Below, one piece after another: positions 37,913 through 47,434 of a stretch of DNA of 64,000 nt. Positions within the stretch are counted from its first letter, which is position 1, and each line of letters opens with the position of its first letter. The notes below the pieces were generated by a model that worked only from the letters and a program-made list of their open reading frames with translations, did not search any database and had not been told where the DNA came from. Origin of the DNA: a virus (Duplodnaviria; Caudoviricetes); the IMG/VR virus record IMGVR_UViG_2939702853_000005, positions 1 to 64,000 of that record. One strand, written 5' to 3'. Both the position numbers and the translations under genes were made by a program.

Positions 37913-39007
37913 TTATTGTGGAAATGTTTCGTCCAACACCTTAGACCATTTCTCTTCCCATCTTTTACTATCAAATGCCATCGAAACTTCTCGGGCATTC
38001 TTACCAAATGTTTCGGCTTTATCTCTATTGTGATATAAATACTCAATTGAATTGCATAGATTGTCTACAGTAGGCTTGATCAGTAATCCATTGTATCCAT
38101 CGATAATTAGATCGCTTAATCCACCTACACAGCTAGCTATAACTGGCTTTCCAAATGCCTGTGCTTCAATGCAGCTCAAACTTGTACCTTCTGCACCGAG
38201 AGTGGGGATTAATACTATGTCTGCTTGTTCGTAAGCACGATACATCTTATTCATATCAAAATGTTCCCATCGAACTCGATCTTGAGTATTTACCCATCGC
38301 TTAAATTGCTGTTCGCCTTCAATAGTGCCTCTGCCTACAAAGTAAAACTCCATGTCTTTGTATTTGGGGAGAAGTTTCTTAGATGCTTCAGCCGCCAACA
38401 AATATCCTCTTAATTCATGAAGTCTGCGAGGAATAAGCACTGTAAATTTACCTTTTCCTTTTTTCTCTCTAGGTTTAAAGGTGTCGGTATTGACATAGTT
38501 CGGTATGTATTCAAATTTATCATATAGTTTTGGATATAAAGCTTTAGTCCAACCAATAGTGTTTGTATCTACAGAAACAATTTTTCCTACACGGCGGTAG
38601 CAGTCTCTAATGTATTCATTGTATCCTTTAGCGTGATACCAGTCTTGAATTTCATTGTCCCACCAGATACCATGTGAAATGGCAATGGAGTTCTTTCGAG
38701 CTTCTGGAAAAGCAAGGGTGGCAACAAAATAGATAGTGTAATCATAATTCTCTGTCCGTTTATGAAACTCAATCGTTAAATCTGGAAAAGATTCTTTGTC
38801 ACCAATGGGGCAGGGGATACCAGTTATTTTTACATCCTTGAAACTCTTTACCCAAGACGTAGTGGATGCTTGAAAAACATCTACACTATAATTCTTTTTT
38901 CTTAATAGACGTACAAGATCAATTAAATACCTTTCGCCGCCACCCATTTGAGTATATGTTCCAGTTAGATCAAAGAATTGCGTTGTCAAAAGTGCTACTT
39001 TTTTCAT
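37913..39007 (-). CDS. Glycosyltransferase family 4 (GT-B)
   Basis: GGGERY; EGTSLSCIEAQAFGKPVIAS (E-x7-E); RBS aaaggag at the MKKVALL start. Confidence 0.92.
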   Translation of the reverse strand: MKKVALLTTQFFDLTGTYTQMGGGERYLIDLVRLLRKKNYSVDVFQASTTSWVKSFKDVKITGIPCPIGDKESFPDLTIEFHKRTENYDYTIYFVATLAFPEARKNSIAISHGIWWDNEIQDWYHAKGYNEYIRDCYRRVGKIVSVDTNTIGWTKALYPKLYDKFEYIPNYVNTDTFKPREKKGKGKFTVLIPRRLHELRGYLLAAEASKKLLPKYKDMEFYFVGRGTIEGEQQFKRWVNTQDRVRWEHFDMNKMYRAYEQADIVLIPTLGAEGTSLSCIEAQAFGKPVIASCVGGLSDLIIDGYNGLLIKPTVDNLCNSIEYLYHNRDKAETFGKNAREVSMAFDSKRWEEKWSKVLDETFPQ

Positions 39008-40004
39008 CTTTTTCTCCTTTGAAAAATTCCTTAATAGCGCCGTTAATGATTTCAAATCTATCATCCCATGAATTGTATTTAGCCATTTCTTTGGCTTTAT
39101 TTTTGTAGTCATTACACTTAGATACTTTAATTGCTTTATGAATATTTTTTATGAATTCTTTGTGGTTTCTGCTTACAAATACTACATCTTTATAATCATC
39201 CATTTCAGGAATATCGGTTGCTACTACTGGAGTGCCATGAGCAAGTGATTCATAAACTTTCAAAGGATTACTGAAGTCACTGATTTGACAGCGTTGAAAC
39301 GGGAGAAGGGTAACATCTGCGTGATGATAATAAGCTTGAAGTTCTTGGTATCCTTTTGAACCCAAATAATGAACCCCTTTAGGCATTTCTTTAATACCCC
39401 AAGGAAGTCCAACAACCAAAACTTGATATTTCTTCGCTATTTTCTCCATAAGCAATAGGTCGCACCAATTCGACGTGAGCGCACCTGAGAATAATACGAT
39501 AGGCTTATTTCTTTTATTGAATGGAGTCAAGTCTTCAGGAATAGGATAGTCGAGATCTCCTAATTCATTAAAACAAGCATTTCGAACCAAGTGTACATTT
39601 TTATGTTGCTTACTTCTTAGTTCTAGCAGAGGTTTAGAAGCAGCCAATAAAATATCTGCCTTACTTATCATGTTTACTTCTTCATGTTCGTTTTCTGGGA
39701 AATTGTCCAGAGAATCGTAAATAACTAAATCGGCTTCAATACTCTCTAAATCCATATGACGCATAGCCCAAGAAGAAAAATATATGTCAACTTTAGGATT
39801 TCTCTTTAAAAAGACTTCCCAGTTATGATAAACCTCAAGTGTATCAGAGATGCGATCACGCACTTTGTCTGTTCGTTGAGTGTAATTAACCCAATAGACC
39901 ATGTACCCATTTTCAGAAAAATACTTCATAAGATGATGCGGTCGCTGTTGTAATGGCTGATCGAAGTCAATAGTATTGGCATAAACAATCGTTTTTTGTT
40001 TCAT
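38970..40004 (-). CDS. GT-B glycosyltransferase (TuaH-like)
   Basis: QRPHHL, IYDSLDNF, NPLKVYESLAHGTPVV motifs. Confidence 0.88.
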   Translation of the reverse strand: MKQKTIVYANTIDFDQPLQQRPHHLMKYFSENGYMVYWVNYTQRTDKVRDRISDTLEVYHNWEVFLKRNPKVDIYFSSWAMRHMDLESIEADLVIYDSLDNFPENEHEEVNMISKADILLAASKPLLELRSKQHKNVHLVRNACFNELGDLDYPIPEDLTPFNKRNKPIVLFSGALTSNWCDLLLMEKIAKKYQVLVVGLPWGIKEMPKGVHYLGSKGYQELQAYYHHADVTLLPFQRCQISDFSNPLKVYESLAHGTPVVATDIPEMDDYKDVVFVSRNHKEFIKNIHKAIKVSKCNDYKNKAKEMAKYNSWDDRFEIINGAIKEFFKGEKDEKSSTFDNAIL

Positions 40005-40763
40005 TTAGTTCTCCCTAAGATATCTTTCTAAATAATCTTGTGACATAATATGATGCGAGAACACGCCTAAATCACAGTAAAGCTCAAACCCTTTGTCTTG
40101 AGCCATCTTGCAAAAATATGCGTCCTCTCCTTGTGGATGAAATCCGTATTTTACTGATTTATAAACTTTGCGACTTAACATGATAATTGCTCCCGTAAGA
40201 TCAACCTGTATAAGAACAGAAGATGGGAGGAAGGGTGCATTTTTCACTTGATTATTTACAATATGTTCAAAGTAACCCTTGGTATTAATCTTCATGATGT
40301 TAGGAAATAAATATGGTTTATCAGGATTAGAGATATAGCCGTTCCAAATTAATCCCGACACAATATCTCGTTTATGCTTGAGTAGATTATTAATGATATC
40401 AGGTTGAACGAGGATATCCGTGTCTATAAACATCAGATGATCAGTTTTAGTCTTTGACATGATATAATTCCGTAATTTACTCAAATGAGTATATATATAA
40501 TTGTTTCTTACATTTAAATCTCTTTTATCTACTGGTGCATTGCGATTATATACATCAATTCGTATATTTTTATATGTATGTTTATTTTCTTTTTTGAAAC
40601 TATTCAAAATATCCAACGAAATATCTTCAGAATCGTTTACTACGAATAATAATTCCATCTTTGCTTTTGGATAATCAATGTCCAGAATATGTTGTAAATA
40701 AGAAGGAAGAATCCAAGCTCTATTTCTAATTGGTGCAGCTATTGTGACTGTTGACGTATTCAA
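40005..40763 (-). CDS. Glycosyltransferase family 2-like (GT-A)
   Basis: IAAPIRNR, FVVNDSED, FIDTDILV (DxD), GEDAYFC motifs. Confidence 0.9.
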   Translation of the reverse strand: MNTSTVTIAAPIRNRAWILPSYLQHILDIDYPKAKMELLFVVNDSEDISLDILNSFKKENKHTYKNIRIDVYNRNAPVDKRDLNVRNNYIYTHLSKLRNYIMSKTKTDHLMFIDTDILVQPDIINNLLKHKRDIVSGLIWNGYISNPDKPYLFPNIMKINTKGYFEHIVNNQVKNAPFLPSSVLIQVDLTGAIIMLSRKVYKSVKYGFHPQGEDAYFCKMAQDKGFELYCDLGVFSHHIMSQDYLERYLREN

Positions 40764-40782
40764 AACTTTCTCCTTTTATGGC

Positions 40783-40810
40783 ATAGCCAAGTCCCGAAGG
40801 ACTCAGCTAT
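40783..40810 (-). promoter_or_regulatory. UUCG-capped hairpin with no U-tract between the tail tube and GT genes
   Basis: atagctgagtcc-ttcg-ggacttggctat followed by gccataaaaggag. Confidence 0.65.
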
Positions 40811-40821
40811 AATTTTATTGT

Positions 40822-41619
40822 TTAAATCATTTCATTTGCATCATAAATGGTCATAGTATAAAGCTGTGTGCTATTTTGTGGTTTTAGAATTTCCAAAGGA
40901 ATGTCAAATACCGAAGGATCGCCACCGGCAGCCATATCAATTTTCCATCCATCTTCCATTTTGGCATTTGTGATATCAATCTGAGCCGCATAATCCTGTT
41001 TATCTCCAACTGCTCGAACAATGACATCAAGTATAACTCTATATGTTCCAGCAAACTTATCAGAAGAGACGGTAATAGTTTTCGCAGATGCACCTGATTG
41101 AGTTTTGTAGTATGCAACGATTTCTGTGTTATCTTCAAACTCTCCATCGGAAAAGGTCAATTCTTTACCAGTAATGGAATATGTGCCTTTACTCAAGGCT
41201 CCCACAGCGAATTCAATCTCTTTTTCGTGAACACCTTCATTTGAAAGCAGATATACGCTATTCAATCCTTCGACTGGAGTCGCTGGAGTATAGTTAAGTG
41301 TAGCTTTATTATTAACGATTTTAATTTCATCACGTTGAATAATTGGTGCTACACCTTTTTGGATATCATTTCCTGTCATCATCGCAATTACTTCATTTGT
41401 AAATACTGCATCTTGCAAAGGAACCTTTGCGCCTCTGTTACCAGAAAACCCAACAATTTTGTTGTTTCCTTCGCCACCTTGGGCATAGACAGTATCTGCT
41501 GAATTCTCAATTCCAGAAGTCTTTAAATTTTTAAGTTGAACTTTTGCTTTACCCGTTTTCAGGTCGTAAAATGTAGCTTTGGCAACTGCTCGAATTGCCC
41601 AAATATCTGGCGTTGACAT
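40822..41619 (-). CDS. Major tail (tube) protein (YomU-like)
   Basis: LKTSGIE..YAQGGEGN..DAVF..IAMMTG pattern; position in the operon. Confidence 0.8.
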   Translation of the reverse strand: MSTPDIWAIRAVAKATFYDLKTGKAKVQLKNLKTSGIENSADTVYAQGGEGNNKIVGFSGNRGAKVPLQDAVFTNEVIAMMTGNDIQKGVAPIIQRDEIKIVNNKATLNYTPATPVEGLNSVYLLSNEGVHEKEIEFAVGALSKGTYSITGKELTFSDGEFEDNTEIVAYYKTQSGASAKTITVSSDKFAGTYRVILDVIVRAVGDKQDYAAQIDITNAKMEDGWKIDMAAGGDPSVFDIPLEILKPQNSTQLYTMTIYDANEMI

Positions 41620-41643
41620 TTTTAAATCTCTCCTATGTATAAG

Positions 41644-42360
41644 CTATTGTTTTAATTTGTTTGCCCAATGAATATCAGACAATTTAATATTTTTACCGTC
41701 TATTGTTCCTGCATAGAGTGCGGTAATGGTATGACGGTAGTTGTCAATACTATTTGTGACATACAATCCATTGTAAATTTGATAAATATTTAACTTAAAT
41801 AAATCAAAAAGGCTTAACCCATTGTTTTTCCAAGCTAAACCAGCGACGATACTATGCAAATCTACTTTTTCTTTTGGTTTTGGTCTCTTAGCATCTTCTT
41901 TTAACATTTCTTCTATCATTTTGGCTGCTCGTGAATTTGCTGGATTGAACTCAGGCTCATTCTGTATTTCAACGTTATTCCCAAGTTTAATAACCGTTTG
42001 TATAGTGTCAAAATTGTTGTGGTTTATCTGTCCTTGACCAATCCCAATAAATACATTATCTTCACCTTCTAGTAAAATAGCTTTCTCACCGAAAAATAAT
42101 TCAATGGCTGCAAAAGCGTGGTATTTAAACATCTCATCTTGATAGCAATATGCAAAGAAAATATCGAAGTTGGAAAGTGGTTTCGCCCAATCGCTTCTAA
42201 TTGTTTCTTTGTCAATCAACATAGCAGCCAGATAAGCATTGTAAACTGACATATTTAACTCGGTTATTGTTTGGAGAGTAGGGATAGTTAACGTTCCAGC
42301 TTGGTCAATTTGGATAGGTAGGCCACCAAGTAATTTAAAATGTATATCTAGTTCATCCAA
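41644..42360 (-). CDS. Conserved SPbeta-like morphogenesis protein
   Basis: Synteny; LNIYQIY..YAG motifs. Confidence 0.7.
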   Translation of the reverse strand: MDELDIHFKLLGGLPIQIDQAGTLTIPTLQTITELNMSVYNAYLAAMLIDKETIRSDWAKPLSNFDIFFAYCYQDEMFKYHAFAAIELFFGEKAILLEGEDNVFIGIGQGQINHNNFDTIQTVIKLGNNVEIQNEPEFNPANSRAAKMIEEMLKEDAKRPKPKEKVDLHSIVAGLAWKNNGLSLFDLFKLNIYQIYNGLYVTNSIDNYRHTITALYAGTIDGKNIKLSDIHWANKLKQ

Positions 42361-42369
42361 ATAACCACC

Positions 42370-42843
42370 TCAATTAAAATCCCAAAGTTTATATTGTATA
42401 TAAAAGCCCACATACTTTTCATTCACAAACATCTCGTCCATTCGATAAAACTGCAACTTACCGATGCCGAGATTTTCGTTCTCATTAAATAAATCATCTA
42501 TGTAGGCCAATATATGATCATATCTTAAAACCTCATAATCAGTAAGAATCAAATCTTTGTGTACTAGTACTTGAAAATGAAGTAATCCCGACTTGAACTG
42601 TGAGCCAGCAGGTCGATAATCCTTAAAAGAGAATGTTACATAAGCTGAAGCTGAGTCGGCTAATGTGGGAACATGATTAAAGGGGAAAATATTCTTATTG
42701 ATCAGCTCCGAGGGATCTTCGATATCTGGTTGTTCAAAATAGTTACTTTGTTCGCACCAAACAGATTTGCAAAGTTCCTGTGAACTAAGTAAATGATTCA
42801 GTACGATCATGCGATTTTTACCCAATTCCTCAAGTCTGGACAT
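42370..42843 (-). CDS. Putative tail terminator/completion protein
   Basis: Synteny; RYDHILAYIDDLFN..GIGKLQF. Confidence 0.65.
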   Translation of the reverse strand: MSRLEELGKNRMIVLNHLLSSQELCKSVWCEQSNYFEQPDIEDPSELINKNIFPFNHVPTLADSASAYVTFSFKDYRPAGSQFKSGLLHFQVLVHKDLILTDYEVLRYDHILAYIDDLFNENENLGIGKLQFYRMDEMFVNEKYVGFYIQYKLWDFN

Positions 42844-42844
42844 G

Positions 42845-43354
42845 TTAGTTCACAATAAAATCTCTGGTCAGTACATATTCCAGAAAACCACTAGTGTTCA
42901 TATCCCTTGTATCATCAAATGTAGCGACGACCTTATCTACCTGATCTAGTGTGAGTGGAGTGGTACGATGTATTTCTTCGCCAAGACTATTTCGAACTTT
43001 GACCTTATAGTAGTTACCGTTTGGTTGCAGATTACCCAATTCATACGTCAAAGCAATACATTTTAAAGCTTCAAGTGCAGAACCTTTATCTATGTGAGTT
43101 TCTTTGGCGAATGCCAATTTAAACTTATTGTCTGTAGCAATCGAATAAGCGTATTTGAATTGTGGGTTAATAGCTACATCCAGATCAGCATCAATGATTT
43201 CAACTGTGGGTGTTGCACTGATAATTACAGAATTATCAATCCCAGATGAGTGCTGAATAGAGTAGGGAAGGGGGGAGAAGATGAGCCAATTATTTGTAGC
43301 TCCTTGAACAAATTGCTCAAGTTTAAGTTCTCCAAAACGGATGATGGCCTGCAT
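42845..43354 (-). CDS. Hypothetical morphogenesis-region protein
   Basis: RBS aaggag; coupled ORF. Confidence 0.7.
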   Translation of the reverse strand: MQAIIRFGELKLEQFVQGATNNWLIFSPLPYSIQHSSGIDNSVIISATPTVEIIDADLDVAINPQFKYAYSIATDNKFKLAFAKETHIDKGSALEALKCIALTYELGNLQPNGNYYKVKVRNSLGEEIHRTTPLTLDQVDKVVATFDDTRDMNTSGFLEYVLTRDFIVN

Positions 43355-43365
43355 GGATACACTCC

Positions 43366-44571
43366 TTATAGTAATGATTTGATTTCAATTTCTTTTGATG
43401 CACAAGCTAATCTGGTAGAGTTTTCAACATGCAAAATTACTCTTCCTTTTTTGTTATTAGCTTTAATTTTACAAACCTGTCCGTCTTGTTCGATTAAGGT
43501 AGCTAAACTGGTAGGAGTTACACTGTCTTCTTCAGTTAACCAAAAATGAGCCTTGTCTTGTCGATCAACCCCATTATCTTTAAACGAGCAAGCAAAGGAT
43601 TTAGTCATGTTGTATTTAATGAAGTCGTCGCCTGAAATGTGGGCAGTGTAATTATTTGTAGTAGAGGACGTTATGTTTACTTGAATGGTTTGCGATATAT
43701 TTCTAAATGAAATGGTTATTTTACTTGTTCCTTTTTTAAGAGGAGTTACTAAACCAGTAGGAGAGACAGATACAATAGTTTCGTCATCAACAGAATATAT
43801 AATTTTATCATCGATTTCTATTACCTTTGAATTATTGGTTAGTTCGATGTTCAATTGCAGAGCTTGATTTTCTTCAATCGCAACAACATCTTTAACATTC
43901 AAAACATTCAGTTGGTAGTCAGCGATACTACCATTGTAATCGGCAATCTCAAGTTCTAAATTATCAGCAGGAATTATATCTTGCTCTTCAAGAGTCAAGT
44001 TTATTAATCCATCGATTAGACGATTAATCCCCACAGTCTTCCAAGCACGACCATCAATAATAAACCTTCTATTTTTCTTTATTTTTTCGGTCTGATTATT
44101 TTTTTGAACTGTTATTTGTCGTCTCTCATTTGGCATCATTAAGATTCGACCTTCCTGAATACCAAAGTTAGACGATGTATCGGTTTTGAAGGAGAGTGGA
44201 GTTTCTTGTATTTCACCTTGACCATCCAACCACTTAAGAGTTGAATAACAAATTAGAATTACACCACGATGATATATTTCCATATCATCAACATGGTTGC
44301 ATAACCAAGTCTTATCCCTCCATATAACCAAATCGCCCATTTTCAACGGATAATTCAATGCAACAATATTTTTTTGTTCTCGAACATCTCCATCATCGGT
44401 AATCCAAACTTCTTGATTTGATTCTCCATTGATATTCACTTGAAAATAATTAGGAAATTGCGAAAACGTTGAACTCATAACTTGTTTCGTATGAATGATG
44501 TTTCTGTCTCTGACATTTGTTTTACAGTTAGAAAGATATGACTTATATGCCTTATATGCCTTGTATCTCAC
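43366..44571 (-). CDS. Head-tail joining protein with Ig-like (Big_2) domain
   Basis: LKMGDLVIW..LKWLD; YSVDDETIVSVSPTGLVTPLKKGTSKITI. Confidence 0.75.
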   Translation of the reverse strand: MRYKAYKAYKSYLSNCKTNVRDRNIIHTKQVMSSTFSQFPNYFQVNINGESNQEVWITDDGDVREQKNIVALNYPLKMGDLVIWRDKTWLCNHVDDMEIYHRGVILICYSTLKWLDGQGEIQETPLSFKTDTSSNFGIQEGRILMMPNERRQITVQKNNQTEKIKKNRRFIIDGRAWKTVGINRLIDGLINLTLEEQDIIPADNLELEIADYNGSIADYQLNVLNVKDVVAIEENQALQLNIELTNNSKVIEIDDKIIYSVDDETIVSVSPTGLVTPLKKGTSKITISFRNISQTIQVNITSSTTNNYTAHISGDDFIKYNMTKSFACSFKDNGVDRQDKAHFWLTEEDSVTPTSLATLIEQDGQVCKIKANNKKGRVILHVENSTRLACASKEIEIKSLL

Positions 44572-44572
44572 A

Positions 44573-44998
44573 CTAATTCACGCTCATATTTTTTAAATAG
44601 TATTGCATCATCAGCGAATCGGCACGTTCAATAGCTTTGTCCCGTAATACAGCTTTTTCTTTAAAGTTCTGAGATTCGCTATACCTTTTCCAGTCTGATG
44701 ATGAAATCGCCAATCTCATATCAAGAATATTATTTACCTCTTTTTCAAACCATTCACCAAGCATAAGTTGCGACAGAATTTCTTGCTCTAATTCGGTTAA
44801 ATCAGCAGTAAAGTTTTTATTTTCTTCATCTCTGTCAGACAGATCGCTTTTACAGTAGCTGAACTTAACCAAGCCTGATTTAAGAAATCCTGTAAGATAA
44901 TCTTCGTAATCTTCAATTGAGCGTAGAAACATTTCATCAATAGTATAATCTTGAATTTTACTTTGAAATCTTTCGAATATTTTTGAATATGGGGTCAT
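44573..44998 (-). CDS. Head-tail connector protein
   Basis: MTPYSKIFERF..LTELEQEILSQLMLGEW pattern; synteny. Confidence 0.75.
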   Translation of the reverse strand: MTPYSKIFERFQSKIQDYTIDEMFLRSIEDYEDYLTGFLKSGLVKFSYCKSDLSDRDEENKNFTADLTELEQEILSQLMLGEWFEKEVNNILDMRLAISSSDWKRYSESQNFKEKAVLRDKAIERADSLMMQYYLKNMSVN

Positions 44999-45011
44999 AA
45001 TTAATCCCCCT

Positions 45012-45698
45012 TTATGCGTTATTCTTTACTTTAGCCAGTTCATACAAATCTTGTTTGACCAATTTACCAATAGCATCAATCTTATATCTGTCTTGAAATT
45101 TATTATCATTAGTCGCAATGCCAACCACAATTCTTTCGATGATATTTTCTTTTAACGTTGGAGATACAGAATTCAAAGTATCAATAATTTCATCAATATC
45201 AAGAGAGATAATGTTATCAATTGTTTCACGACTCACAAATTTTTGATAAACATCGTCGAGATACAAAGCTTTAACTGCTTTTTCACTTTGAATGAGAAAT
45301 GCTCCTTCGTGAGCAAACTTAGTATGGTTGTCTACAATTGCTCGAACATCTTCAAAGGTAATCGTCTTAGAGCTACCGAAATCGTTAAATCTGATGGTAG
45401 ATGTAGTGCCTGTAAGATTCAGACCTCCATTAGTCAGAGAGACCACCCTGATATATTCACGAGGATCAATATCCAATTTATCCTCAACAGATTCAAACAG
45501 AGAATTAACTTTTTTAGCTTCTGTTTTGATTTCCTCATGAGAAGTTTCAATTTTTTTATTTTTCTCCAGTAAGTCTTCAACTAGAGAAGTAAGTTTAGCA
45601 ACTTGGTCTTCTAAAGCGATTTCTTTTTCTGTTTTTTGAGAAGGTTCATTATTTGTGTTTTCAGTATTAGTAATCTCCATTTTTTTTGGTGCTGCCAT
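45012..45698 (-). CDS. YonA-like hypothetical structural-region protein
   Basis: RBS gggagg; follows the capsid gene. Confidence 0.75.
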   Translation of the reverse strand: MAAPKKMEITNTENTNNEPSQKTEKEIALEDQVAKLTSLVEDLLEKNKKIETSHEEIKTEAKKVNSLFESVEDKLDIDPREYIRVVSLTNGGLNLTGTTSTIRFNDFGSSKTITFEDVRAIVDNHTKFAHEGAFLIQSEKAVKALYLDDVYQKFVSRETIDNIISLDIDEIIDTLNSVSPTLKENIIERIVVGIATNDNKFQDRYKIDAIGKLVKQDLYELAKVKNNA

Positions 45699-45761
45699 CT
45701 ATATGCCTCCCTATTATTTAATAAAAAAGGTCGATAAGAATATACTTACCGACCAATGATT

Positions 45762-46871
45762 TTATGAGAATTTATACAAACCATAAGCTGCTGCGGTAAT
45801 CAACTGCACATCGTAATGCTGTGCAACAGAGTAACCCACAGTACGATCTGCGTTATCTTCTGGTTTGGATTGAGTGATTTCTGTGTTACCTTCGAATCCA
45901 ATTTTAACAAGCTTATCAGAGCCAGAAGAGAGTACAACGGCGAAGTCACCGTCAATAGCAAAATCATCGCTATTCGGTTTCAAACGTTGTCCAATTTCAA
46001 ACAGTTCTGTTCCTTGGAAATTGCCCAAATGTCCAGTTTTATTAAACTCTTGTCCAAGACCAAATTGAAGGTATTGATTTTCGGGTAGGATACGGGCAAG
46101 AGCAGTCTTAGTGCCGAACACTACACTCTTATCTGTGTTATTTGCAGCAGAAACACGTTGAACCAGATTGTTGAAAGCTGTAGAAGTAAATGCTGCATTT
46201 TCTTTATATTTAGCACCCAGAGTAGTAAAAGAGTCATAAATAGAAGAGTAGATGCGAGTAGTGATATCTGTTTCAATTGCCTGAGCCACACGTGCAACCC
46301 ATGCTCCCCAATTTGTTTTTCCTGCGAGTACTCGGTACAATTCTTCATAAATCTCTACAGTTCTACGTTGAGGTGTAAGCGTTACATCTTTTCCGAACAA
46401 ACGTTGACGTTGATTGCCGCGTTGCCCGTTAGCCTTTGTACTAACCACAAACAAATCAGGGCTGTCTACGTGAAACAGAAGTTGATCTCCCCAATTTACA
46501 TTCTTAACATCAGCAAATTGATAAAAACTATCAAGCACTGTTTCAGGGATGACAATATCCAATGTTTGAGCGACCAAGGCAAAAGTAGCCCATTGGACAT
46601 TTGGATTAGAAGCGATCATACCTTCAGTAAAATTAGTATCAGATGGAATACCTGCTAGACGGTAAGCCTCTTTTTTCAAGCCTTTGGTAAACAATTCTTG
46701 TTTTGCGTCAAGGTTTACACCATCATTTGCATACTGAGCATACTTATTAAAACGACCATCTTTGTTGCGGTTTTGATAGCAATAGTGATACCATGCTTCC
46801 ACCCCAGCTTGTACAACATCTTTTTCGGTTTGTGACATATTAAAAAACTTAAGATTACTATAGTTTTTCAT
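45762..46871 (-). CDS. Major capsid protein (YonB-like)
   Basis: 369 aa, RBS ggagg, after scaffold and decoration genes; FADVKNVNWGD..F.V pattern. Confidence 0.8.
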   Translation of the reverse strand: MKNYSNLKFFNMSQTEKDVVQAGVEAWYHYCYQNRNKDGRFNKYAQYANDGVNLDAKQELFTKGLKKEAYRLAGIPSDTNFTEGMIASNPNVQWATFALVAQTLDIVIPETVLDSFYQFADVKNVNWGDQLLFHVDSPDLFVVSTKANGQRGNQRQRLFGKDVTLTPQRRTVEIYEELYRVLAGKTNWGAWVARVAQAIETDITTRIYSSIYDSFTTLGAKYKENAAFTSTAFNNLVQRVSAANNTDKSVVFGTKTALARILPENQYLQFGLGQEFNKTGHLGNFQGTELFEIGQRLKPNSDDFAIDGDFAVVLSSGSDKLVKIGFEGNTEITQSKPEDNADRTVGYSVAQHYDVQLITAAAYGLYKFS

Positions 46872-46900
46872 ACTAAATTAGTTCCTCCAATTATTATGTA

Positions 46901-47407
46901 TTAGGCTTCTTTAATTACTTGCAATTTTGTAGCTGGTACACGAGTACGACCAACCGAAATAGTTGTTTTTTCCAAAACTAACAATGCTACTTTTGTTGTT
47001 CCAATAGTTGCACTAGCAATGCCTTTATATTTACCATCTTGTGGAATAACGTATTGATCTACAACAGTTACACCATCAATACCATCGTCAGTAATAGTGA
47101 ACGTATCACCATTCTTAAGACGAAATGCACGAGCAGGGGTGTTGGCTTTATTGGTGAATAGAGCAGGGTCACTTACATCAATTCGAAATCCATTAACTTC
47201 TGGAATTTCTGGGCTTGCAACCAACAACACTTCTTGAGCTGTAACATCAGTTGGAGTTGCAGCGATTCGAACTTCTGGATTACCGGGTAACACTCCTTTT
47301 AGAACTACAAAACTACCGTTATCTACCGCTACAGGTAGTTGCACAGACTGAATAAAGCTGTCTACTTTTGTACCAGCCATCAGATTAAGATTTACAATTG
47401 TACTCAT
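46901..47407 (-). CDS. Capsid decoration/cement-like protein (YonC-like)
   Basis: VDNGSFVVL..LLVASPE..RAFRLKNGDTFTIT. Confidence 0.7.
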   Translation of the reverse strand: MSTIVNLNLMAGTKVDSFIQSVQLPVAVDNGSFVVLKGVLPGNPEVRIAATPTDVTAQEVLLVASPEIPEVNGFRIDVSDPALFTNKANTPARAFRLKNGDTFTITDDGIDGVTVVDQYVIPQDGKYKGIASATIGTTKVALLVLEKTTISVGRTRVPATKLQVIKEA

Positions 47408-47434
47408 TTAAAATATTTCCTCCTATTATTTGGT

